From NCBI GenBank assembly GCA_964016885.1, contig OZ024741.1, positions 205,778,001 to 205,842,000 of the forward strand: 64,000 nt of DNA, given 5' to 3'. Each line of letters starts with the position of its first letter. Position 1 is the stretch's first letter. Below are positions 39,883 through 50,364 of this stretch, piece after piece. This DNA comes from Eledone cirrhosa. Lineage: Eukaryota. A program made the position numbers and the translations under genes. Below the pieces are notes generated by a model that saw nothing but the letters and a program-made list of their open reading frames with translations, was not told the DNA's origin and searched no databases.

Positions 39883-41286
39883 TTCGGGGTCTGGTTTGGT
39901 CCGGACCTCCAGGTGGAGAAGAACTGGAACGAGGTGACGGCGAAGGTGTTTGCACTCACCCAGAAGTGGGCCGAGTGCAAACTATCCTTGATTGAAAGGT
40001 CGAGCGGAGGTGGCAAACACTTTTATAGCGTCTGTCATCTACTACCGCTTGACCGTCGTGCCTTGTCCAGCCAAAACGCTCACCAAAATGGAGCATGGGT
40101 TCTTCCAATTCCTTTGGTGAGAAGATCCATCTGCTGCCAACACCCTTCAAACGGAGGGCTGGGGATGCCGTGGCTGATGATGCGCAAACACGTGCTCAGG
40201 CTGCGGAACCTCCACGTATTCCTCACCAGACAACCGGTGTGGGGCCCGTTCGTGAGGCGAGCATTCCCACGACTCGTCTCGCTGACCGAACTGCAGTCCG
40301 GGGTCAAGCAAAAACCGAGGAAAATGGGCGACTGGCAGATCGAATGTGCTCAGGCGCTCACACCCCTCTGGCAGACGGACCCGGCGATCAGTGGAGACTC
40401 CACTTCGTCATTCTATAGAGGGTTGGTCCGCAGCAAGTGCGACGGCGCGCTCGGAGAAACTCTAGGCATAGAGGAAGACGAACTGGCCAGTCTGTTTGGT
40501 AAAATCTTCTGCCCGGGACCGATGAACAACTTCCAAAGGTCCCTGGCCTGGCAGTGCTACCGAGGAGCTCTACCAGTTTGAGACAAGCTCTACAGACACG
40601 GGCGCCCGGGCAGGGAGCCTTCGAAAAAGATCTGTCCGAGATGCGTGCGCGACGAGGAAACCGTCGCGCACGCATTTGTACACTGCCCGGGCGTTACCGA
40701 CATGTGGGGCTATGTAGAACGACTATTGTCGCGGGAGGGACCAATCCGGTTGACCACCGAGTCCATTGTCATAATCAAACCGCCACCCTCCTTCAAAAAC
40801 GAAGGAGAGGCGGTTTTCCTTTGTGTGATAGCTATGGCGAAAGAGGTTGTATGGTGGACGAGGTTAAAAGGGCTGAGGTCAGACACCTTTCTCTCCGGCC
40901 AACAACTGATTCTTTTTTTCAAATACCACTTTGGAAGAAGAATCAGGATGGAGAGAGAAGTGCTGTACCCCAGCAAGTTTTATGAAAGGTGGGTGAAAGT
41001 GGCAAGAATCGCCTGAGTGAATGGGCCTTCTCTCTATATCAGCCTGTAGGTTGAGGAAAAGAAGGAAGAGAGGAAAGGGGTACAAACTCTTCATACTCCT
41101 GGAGATGAGGGTTGCACATTTTTTCGGGGGTATGTGTTACCCATATGAAATGTCTCCCTCTGTTGGGGAAAATCGATTAACTTTTAAATTACATTTGTGA
41201 TAATATTTTACACGTTTTTATTGTATGTAAGCTTCCCCCTTTTTATTTGTCCCCTTCTTTTGTGCCCCTGTGGCTAATAAAGAAAC
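39883..41286 (+). mobile_element. Tx1-like LINE, 5'-truncated, in the last HAX1 intron (antisense)
   Basis: Matches the 30365-31600 region. Flanked on both sides by TATCTATCTAT; 3' end CCCCTGTGGCTAATAAAGAAAC. Confidence 0.9.
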
Positions 41287-41372
41287 ATATCTATCTATAT
41301 ATATATATATATATATATTTATGAGTCCCGGGTTCAATCAGGGGTAACTCAATACATTACTTGAGTGTAAAC

Positions 41373-41489
41373 ATCAAGTTTAATATAGAAATGGCTTCTA
41401 CAGGACTAGAACTGTTTTATTCAGAAGAAATTTTCTTTTGAATGAAACAGTTCTAGTCCTGTAGAAGCCATTTCTATATTAAACTTGAT
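41373..41489. repeat. Palindrome, 58-bp arms, 2 mismatches
   Basis: ATCAAGTTTAATATAGAAATGG...GAAA, then T, then TTTC...AAACTTGAT. Confidence 0.9.
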
Positions 41490-42746
41490 ATATATATATG
41501 TATACGTTTAATTAAGAATGTATGTATATCTAATTATATGCGTGTGTGTATGTTTAACTATGTACATATGTATATACATATTCAAACAGCTTGAAACCAT
41601 GTGTCTATCCCAGTCCCTTACTCTCTCCATTTCTTCTGTCTTCTCTCCTGTTCCCTTTTGCCTATTTCGTCATAGCATCCTGTTTTTATTTTATTGGCAT
41701 CTCTCTCTTTGTCAAGAAAAAGTCCTGTCTATGCAAATCTACACACAGGTTCACTCTTGTCCCATTTAACTCTCACCCCTCACACACCACCATAAACATA
41801 TGCATATCTAGACCAATTAAACAGCAGCGGCAGGTTTTCTTTTCTTTAATTTACCGCCATTACAATGCTACTATTGTGAAGTACGATTATTGAGGGGATT
41901 TAGCTTATTTTATTGCAGATCTTGATTACAATGTTGAACAATCTCATCTTCTTGCTTATGAACCCACTACTCAGGTACAGGCAACCATGCAAACCATCCT
42001 TATTTCAGGAATGGAAACCAGCCCCTTCTTCCAGAAAACTCCAAAACTTCAGAGCAGGGACCATCAACATAGGCACTATGTGAGGAAGATCAGGTGAAAT
42101 TGTAGAGATGTTATAGCAAAAGAGAGTGGATGTGTGTTGTGTACAAGAAACTAGCTGCCACCTCAGGGATTTCCTTGTGAATGCACAAGACTCATCACTT
42201 AGCCATAATAAAGAAAATCAAACTCTACTTTGACATTAAGTACTCATTCTCATAGTTTGGTAAAGATATCCAAAGTATAGAGCAACTCAAGTGCATAGGA
42301 CGAGTTTTAATACAATTATTAAAGCCAGTTACTACAACGGTGCCATACCAAGAATGTATATTTCATTGGACCAGAGGGCCAACTCGCTCAACCTGTGCCA
42401 ATGGAAAAGAACTGGTTTTTAGGAGGGATGCTCGATGCAAGTGTGTAGTACATATTTTTAACCAATGTCTTTTGTTTTGTCCTTATAAGGCTGCATAAAG
42501 TCTGATGAGACCTTAAATTCCTTAGGTATCCCATCAATTTCCATCAGATAATAACAGGCATATATATATATATATATACACAGTGTTAAAACGATCAAAT
42601 TTTAGTTTAGAACATTTATTTGCTGACAATTGTTTCTTCCAGAGGGAAGTCTGGAATCATCCGAGCATAGGGAATGTCGAAACATGTGACTAAAATCAGC
42701 AAAAATTACAAGAATACAAACAGTCGTAGAACAAGACGTTACATAC

Positions 42747-42900
42747 GATTTTCCACGTTCTGTATTTCTTCAGTTTCTTCTTCATTACCCACTGAGTCGA
42801 CTTTACGGGTTCTTGTGTGTTTTTGGCCATCAGCTATTCTAGTATAGACTTCTTCTTTACGTCCAGATGAATCTTCAACAGTTCGCCAATGTTCAAAATT
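42747..42900 (-). CDS. HAX1: HAX1-like protein, internal exon
   Basis: TTTTATACAG acceptor and GTATGT donor, 154 nt, phase 0 to 1. NFEHWRTVEDSSGRKEEVYTR aligns with human HAX1 [21 protein letters not shown]. Confidence 0.85.
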
Positions 42901-44762
42901 CTGTATAAAATTGAAGTAAAGCAACAGTGAAGTAATTTTTACAAGGGACGTAACTATGCTTGCTGCAGTTCTATGCCAACTCTAACATAAAACAAACCAT
43001 ATTACTGTAGTTTGTAATATGATAACCAGTTAAAGGTGGTGGATTGGCAGAATTAGTAAAGCATGCAGTATTTGTCCTGGCTTATGGCATTCTGAGTTCA
43101 AATCTAAATGAAGTCAACTTTGCCTTTCATCCTTCCAGGGTTGATAGAATAAAATATCAGTCAAGTACTGGAGTTGATTAATTCAACTTTGCCCTTCCCC
43201 AAAGTTGAATTATGATAACCATTTGAAAGTAAATGTTTTATACAAAGAAATTCTAAAAAGGGGAAAAATAGAATACTTATTGAATTATTTGAGCAATTGG
43301 TTTTACAGTTGTTTTTATTGCTATCTGCTGAAATAATAAGTTGCTTGATATAATCCAACAAATGTTTTCTCAAAGTGACTTACTACAAAAGACAAAGTAC
43401 TTTCTAAGTAATTGCTTGATCGGCTCAAATTTAGTGCAAGAATTGCAGGAGCTGGTAATGCGCCAGCTTCAACATCCGGTAATCAGAAGGGGGGAAGGGG
43501 GGGGGGGGTGTATAAGCCAAACTTGCTATCTTCAATTTGGTATTTATGTCAACCCTTACCTATGGTTATGAATCTTGGGTAATGACCAAAAGAATACGAT
43601 CGCGAATACAAGCGACCAAAATGGGATTCTTCCGAAGGGTCTTTAGTGTTACCCGAGAGAGTGTGTAGCTCGGAGATCAGAGTCACTCCAGGCAGAGCCT
43701 CTATATCTCTGAATTAAGAAATCACAGCTCCGATACTATAGGCATGATGTTAAATATATAGCAAGCATTTTAAGATCCTCTTCCCAACTAAAGTAAGGGC
43801 CTTGCAGGCCTATGACAGGCTTCATGTTCATGGGAGTTCCTTTTAGGCAATTTATATGGCTGGATGTTGTTCCTAGTGCCAACACTTTTTTTCACCTCTT
43901 ACGTTATGCAAGGATATAGTTTACCTATTCTAAACTAGATATACAAAGTATTTATGATGTTAAATGGCTTAGTAATAAATTCTATTAGTGAACAGGAGAC
44001 AAATATAAAACATGTATGATTCAGGTGAACTGCAATCTGGTATTCAAATACACAAAATAATGCATGCAGCTTAATAACACATCAATTTGGCATTTGCTTT
44101 TATATCTTTAGTTCACTTAATTAAACAAAATAAAGAGAAGTAATGTAGCTTGTATAGATATATGGCATATAAAGTCTTGAAATGTAGTATGGTTTTGAGA
44201 GAGATTTGCAATAAACTGATATCATCATCCCTATTTTCCATCTTTATCTATGCTGGCAAGTGTTGGATGGGTCATCGGAGTCAGTTCTTTTCATTTGTAC
44301 ATTCCAGTTTTTATGGCAGAATGTATTTCCTAGTATCAACCACTTTACAGGGTGTACTGGCTGCATTTTATTATGACACTAACACCAGAGAGGTTGTCAT
44401 GTCCTCAGCCAGACTAAATTGTACTCTTGACCCTATCTAGCATCTACTCATTCACCAATCATCAACCATTTTACAGAGTATATTGAGTGCATTTTATCAT
44501 GGCATCAGTAGTAGTGAGGTTGCCTTGTATTCTGCAAGACATAAAAGACTTAATTATTCTAAGTTGTCTCCCTTTGGTCAATGCAAAATAAGGTGAATAG
44601 AAGAGAGGGTGATGACAGTGAAAGAAGGGACAGTTATAATGGGAAAACACAAAAAGTCAATTCTGTCTTGAATTACAAGGATCCATAGAATTAATGCTTA
44701 TCTCCAATTTTTTTAATGTTGAAGGTCTTACTGCAGAAATAGACATGGTAATTCAAAACAAA

Positions 44763-45625
44763 TTATGAGGGTTGGCTGACCAAGATACTCTCATGGAATG
44801 TGATGAGATGAGGTTTATTTTTCAACAGAGTCCCCCTTGCAGTCCACACACTTCCTCCATTAGTGTTGCAGTGCTTGGATCCCATTGGTGAAGAAGCTTT
44901 CATCCTGTTGGTCAAAAAAGTCATCAACAGCAGATATGACGTCATCATCACTGCAATATTGGTTCTTAGATGGGGCCAAATTAGGAGAATAGGGAGGGTG
45001 ATCCACCAGTTCAAAGCCACAGTCATGCACAGCAGCCACTGAAACCTAGGACTTGTGTGCTGGAGCATTGTCCTGATGAAACAAGAACCCTTTTATCAGT
45101 TTTACTGGACATTTGGTCATGATAGCCTTTCATACTGCTTCTACAAGTTGGCATAGCATTCTCCATTGATGGTGTGGCCCTTTTGAAGGTAGTCAATAAA
45201 CACAATGCCTTTTGCATCTCTAAAAACTGAGGCCATCATCTTCCCTGAAGATGAAACAACCTTGGCCTTCTTTGGAGCAGGTAAGAATGGGTGTTTTTGC
45301 TGCATGGATTGTCTTTTTGTCTCAAAGTGATGACCATAGCACTCATCCTGGGTTAGGAAATATTCAAAGAAACCAGCTGGATCTACCTCAAACAATATCA
45401 GATTTTCCTGTGATATGATCAGCATTGTGCATTTTTGATCAGGTATCAGGAAACATAGCACCCACTGAACAGAAACCTTTGTCATGCCAAGGGTTCGTTG
45501 TGCAGAATATTTTCAACCCTCTTATAGAATATGCTAATAGCATTGGCTATTTGATTTATAGTCAATTGACTGTCAACCATATGGTGAACACGATCAATGT
45601 TTTCCTCGGTGGTGGCAGTTGCAGG
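44763..45625 (-). mobile_element. mariner (DD34D-type) transposon relic
   Basis: Peptides TQDE..HHF.ETKRQS, PKKAK..SGKMMASVF.DAKGIVFIDYL and HPPYSPNLAPS in broken frames. Confidence 0.85.
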
Positions 45626-45942
45626 TAAAATGACATCTGACTGTTCAAAGAAGGGCATCCAGTTGCATCCAGGATTCAAAGGACTCTTGAGTTGTGTCAA
45701 TGACTTGACAACCTCTTTAGTGTTAGTACTATGATAAAATGCACCCATTATACTCTGTAAAGTAGTTTGCATTAGGAACGGCACCCAGGTGTAGAAATCA
45801 TGCCAAAACTGAAATATATGTTTAAGAAGACAGTAGTTCTGGTTAAGCAATGACTTGGTCTCTAATGACCTAGCCAATCCATGTCAGCATGGAAAAATAG
45901 ATGTATGATGATGATGATGATGAATAAGCGTATAATACTTAC

Positions 45943-46073
45943 ACCTCCGGGTTTTTGGACAGTACGCACTGTTACTTTATTAGAATGGTTGAAGCTGAAT
46001 GTACTTGGACTTTGGGAGTGTCGTTTTATAGCTAAATCTTCGAGGTCTTTTACAACAGCTTTATCATCAATAT
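45943..46073 (-). CDS. HAX1: HAX1-like protein, internal exon
   Basis: TTTTTCCTTTCAG acceptor and GTAAGT donor, 131 nt, phase 1 to 0. Encodes (D)IDDKAVVKDLEDLAIKRHSQSPSTFSFNHSNKVTVRTVQKPGG. Confidence 0.85.
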
Positions 46074-47211
46074 CTGAAAGGAAAAACATATACATCTAAA
46101 TCTTTGAGGTCCTTTATGATGACTTTATCATTGATATCTGAAAGGAGAAATAAATAGGGTAAATGAGAAAATACGTAAAAAATAAAAATAACTAGTTTCT
46201 GTTTCACAGCACAAATTACTAAAAGGTATTTATATCATTTTCCATGCTAAAGCATCAAAGCAGGAATTAGCTTTGCAGGCCTCATGACAGACTTTTGTTC
46301 TTCATGAGATCCTTTTTGAGGCAATGTTTTATGGCTTGATGCCATTCAGTTGCTTCATATAACATGCAAGGATGTTTATTAAGTTATCTTTTCAGTAAAC
46401 ATTGGCAGAGTGCCATGAAGTTTTGTATTAATGGTGTGGTTATTCCAAGTGATGGTAAGAACCATCAATAACACGAGGAAGTACATTGTCTAACTAATTT
46501 TCAATTGAGTGTCCATGTCTTGCAACCATATAATAAGACAGATTCAATCCTTGCTAAAAAGAGTCTGAATTTTTATCAAAAGACACCTCATCTCATAGAA
46601 CCCTAGAGTTCTTTGGAATCCAATTTAGAAAATACTATAAGTATTATACAGCTGTCTAAAAAAGTGCAGAGCAATGAACATTGATAGAAGCTATGGAGTG
46701 GGTAGACCAAGAAAAACCTGGGACGAGGTGATAAAAACTGACCTTGTTCACTAAGACAATGTCACTGGATCGAGGTCTTTGGCGCCATGCAGTTGTAAGG
46801 AAGACCCTCCTTACCTTGCATACAAACCTACAGTCAGTAGGCACCTCTTAACCCAATATACACCCCACCCCATCCCCTGTGTAGGTGACACAACAAAGAG
46901 CAACCAGTCTACATTGTAAAGTGGTCGTGTAGGAGAGACGGTAAAACGGCTCCCAGTCCACACTGTAAATGTGGTTGCAGTTAGGAAGGGCATCCAGCTG
47001 TAGGAAACCTGCCAGAGACACTTCTGTAGGAGCGAGACCCGGTCTCCTGACCAATCCTGCATCAAATGGAACAAAACCGTCTAATTCATGTTAGCATGGA
47101 AGATGGATGTTAAATGATGATGATGTTCCAATGATTCATATGCTTGCAAACATCTAGCCTACAATGAAAAACATGTCATTAACACAGTTGTAGATAAAGA
47201 ATAAAAATTAC

Positions 47212-47275
47212 CAGAGTCTATTTTTTCCCCAGAGTCTTCAATTCTGTTGTTTGGAGGGGTGAACGGTGCTCCAAT
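47212..47275 (-). CDS. HAX1: HAX1-like protein, small internal exon
   Basis: TTTTATTAG acceptor and GTAATT donor, 64 nt, phase 0 to 1. Encodes IGAPFTPPNNRIEDSGEKIDS. It supplies exactly the phase change needed and yields KIDSDID (compare HAX1 REDNDLD). Confidence 0.75.
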
Positions 47276-47339
47276 CTAATAAAATATATTGAAAAGAATT
47301 AAATCCTTTTGTTACCATATTTTTGGTATTATTATAGAA

Positions 47340-47940
47340 GGAAAATAGAGGGGGTGGAGTGGGTGCTACTACACATCCTCAGATTTTTTTTTCATGTGTT
47401 ATCAATGAATATGACCACTAAATCAGTTGGAACCGACTAGCTTTGTAAAAAAAAGGAGGAAGAAAGGGGGCAAAAAGGCCATCGAAGTTTCGCAGACCTA
47501 CACCCCCCCCCCCCTGCATTTGTTGGAAAATAATTATTTTTCCTTGTTTTTTTCATGGTTATCAACTAATCTGACTTCTTAGATGCTTGCAATCAACTTT
47601 TTTTTCCCGGATTAGAGTTTCTGTTTCCTGGCAAAAAAGTCAATTGTGAGTATCGAAGAGGTCAGATTAGTTGATAGCACATGAAAAAAATGAGGAAAAA
47701 TAATTATTTCCCACCAAATGCGAAGTCATATTCGTTGATAACAGGCAAAAAAAAAAAAAAAAATTAAACTAAACTCTGAGGAAGGGCCACCCACCCAAGC
47801 TCCTATATTTTCATGTAAAAAATGCGATTACAAGCATTTCGGAGGTTAGATTAGTTGATAGCGCACACACAACAAAAAAACAAATACAAAGAAAAAAAAA
47901 ATTTTACCAGTGAAATCGAGGTGGGTGATTTACTATATTT
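47340..47940. mobile_element. Foldback/MITE-like element with internal inverted repeats
   Basis: 47515-47580 is inverted at 47655-47722, with a repeated TTATCAACTAATCTGAC motif. Confidence 0.5.
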
Positions 47941-49090
47941 TTAAATAAAAGACATCGTCTGTGTGTTTTAAACAATTTTGAAAGTAATAAAATATTTGGA
48001 GGGATTTAGTAATGTAACTTTGTATGTATTTGTAACTCCCAATGGAGTGGTAAGGGCACCATAGTAACAGTGTTTTGGGTATAGTTTAAAAGATTGGCAT
48101 AGCCTAACCCCTGACCAGGTCTGAACACAACTGATTTCTTCCAGAAACTGTGAGAGAGAAAGAATCGATCCTAGTAATAGACTGGTACTTTTTTTTATCA
48201 ATCTGGAAAGGATGAAAGGCAAAGTATTCTATATGATGTTCTAACAACTCTGCCAATTAACTGCCTAGTAATAATGATTTCCTCATTATTTAGCTGGGTT
48301 TGGGAACCTAACTTAAGGGTTTTTACATGAAATTATAAGGGGGAGAGAGAGAGTGTGTGACCTTCAGCTGACAAATTGATCATTGTTTTGTTGATTGAAG
48401 TTTTGTTGATATATAAATACATACATATATCATCATCATCGTTTAACGTCTATCTTCCATGCTAGCATGGGTTTAGATGGGAATTGTCCCACGTGAGGCA
48501 AGATTGGTTGTCTTGTTCGTATAGGACTGTCTAGCGGGTTTTCTACGGCTGGATGCCCTTCCTAACACCAACCACGTTTACAGTGGTTAGTGTATAAATA
48601 CATATATATATATTGGTATATACATAAATACATATATATATATATATATATTTATAGGTATATATATAAATACATATATATATTTATATATAGGTATATA
48701 TATAAATATGTAGCTGTAGCAGTAATATAGATCCTTTGTAATTAAATGTATTTTCCTTCGGCGGAAGAAAAATGTGACGGAAGTAAATTGGCTGAAGTGT
48801 GAGCCAATCAAAACCTTCGGCGTAGAGATACAAGTAACTGGACTACTTAGACGAGAGAACGGAAGTTAAGACAGAAGACCAGTCTCCAGATAAACCTGCT
48901 ATCGTCAAGACGTTGATTCTTCGACACGCCATATCCTGTCGTATCTCACACATGGAAATACAGGCAAAATGACTTTCACAGTGTGAAGCAAGAATAAATG
49001 AAGTACATACTTATAATGGAGTTTGTCTATTTAATGCCTTCTGATCTAACCTTACTAACAACTATAACGACTTACATTCTTCATTATAAA

Positions 49091-49149
49091 TGGTGACCGC
49101 GACGTGATACGAACACGCAATGGTGACGCCGACGTGATTCAAACAAGCA
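49091..49149 (+). promoter_or_regulatory. Two tandem tRNA-Trp primer-binding sites, each extended to about 30 nt
   Basis: TGGTGACCGCGACGTGATACGAACACGCAA followed by TGGTGACGCCGACGTGATTCAAACAAGCA. The reverse complement of the metazoan tRNA-Trp 3' end is TGGTGACCCCGACGTGATTCGAACACGCAA. Confidence 0.85.
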
Positions 49150-50357
49150 TTTTGGTACAACAAATATGAAAGAAAGAACGCTGTCACAAAGAAAAAGAAA
49201 AACTGAACGTTTTGTTGTTTAGAACAATTATTTCGTTATCATTACATTTATCATTTGCCTGCATGCACAAACACATTTTCTATCGACATTATTAACAAAA
49301 AAAAAAAAAAAAAAATTATCGTTACGAATGGCCATTATACGTCTTCAGCGTTTGTTTGCCAGCCAATTTGATTTAAAGGCAACGCCTTTTTGAAAAATAT
49401 AAGAAATATTTTTTTTTATTCTTAACATTTTCCTCTCTGACATTTCTTAACATATTCCTCTTGGCCTGCATTTTCCTATTACGGAATACCATAATTCACG
49501 ATGGGTAGCACCTCATTGCCAGCGTTTACTGGCGATGTCAATGTTTGGTTCGCACAAATAGAGTCGTACTTTACGGCGAACAACATTACGTCTGAAGTCA
49601 GACAACTGCACATGCTTTTGAGTGCTTTCCCGGCGGCATTAACGACGGTTGTTAAAGATTTAATAACTGATGCTGCCCCGGGAGCCTCCTATGAGAGCGT
49701 AAAACGCGAGGTTTTGCAGCGGACCACGTTGTCCGCGGAGAAGAAATTCCAGACACTCGTCAATGACGAACATTTGGGTGATCGGACGCCGACACAGCTT
49801 CTGAAAGAGCATGAAAGAGCTGGCGGAAAACGCCCCAGCTGACAGCGCCCTCCTTAGACAGCTTTTCTTTTCAAGGCTACCGCCCGATGTTCAGGCGATT
49901 TTAGCGCCTATGATGGAGTCTACCACAGTCGACCAGCTAGCGGCTTCGGCCGACAATATTATAAGTGTCACTGGAAACCCTGCCTCCGTCTGCGGTCTCT
50001 TCGTTCTCTCATCCCTATTTCGTTGCACCTCAGCCACCGGCTGCGGTCTCTTCGTTCTCTCCTGCCTCCTTCGTTGCACCTCAGCCACCGGCTGCGGTCT
50101 CTTCGTTCTCTCCAGCAGCTGCCGTCCACACCGATGACTCACTTGCGTCTGTGGAAATACTTCAAGCCATAGAGCAACTCACCAAAGAGGTGAGAAAATT
50201 GAGTACCTCCAGGGCTCAAATTGCCCAGACGTCGCTTCCAGAGCCGTTCGCCCTTGCCATGCCGCTGCCACACAAGCAAGCCAGGACTATACTACTACCA
50301 CAGCCGTTTTGGCGCGGCGGCACGCTCTTGTATCCAGCCCTGTTCATTTTCCATCCA

Positions 50358-50364
50358 GGGAAAC
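50358..50364 (+). promoter_or_regulatory. -1 ribosomal frameshift heptamer G GGA AAC (gag to pol)
   Basis: In phase with the gag frame (...CAG GGA AAC GGA TTT CAG GAG ACC TGA). The pol ORF 49965..51362 is in the -1 frame. Confidence 0.75.

Noticed and set aside
39634-40581. 315-aa ORF as a host gene
   Set aside because: It is a chimera of intronic low-complexity DNA and frameshifted Tx1 ORF2.
42490-42560. Hammerhead ribozyme (CTGATGAG-ACCT...AGGT) after a possible Penelope-like remnant
   Set aside because: A stem II-like pairing is visible but the required GAAA and cleavage triplet are missing. At best it is a truncated relic.
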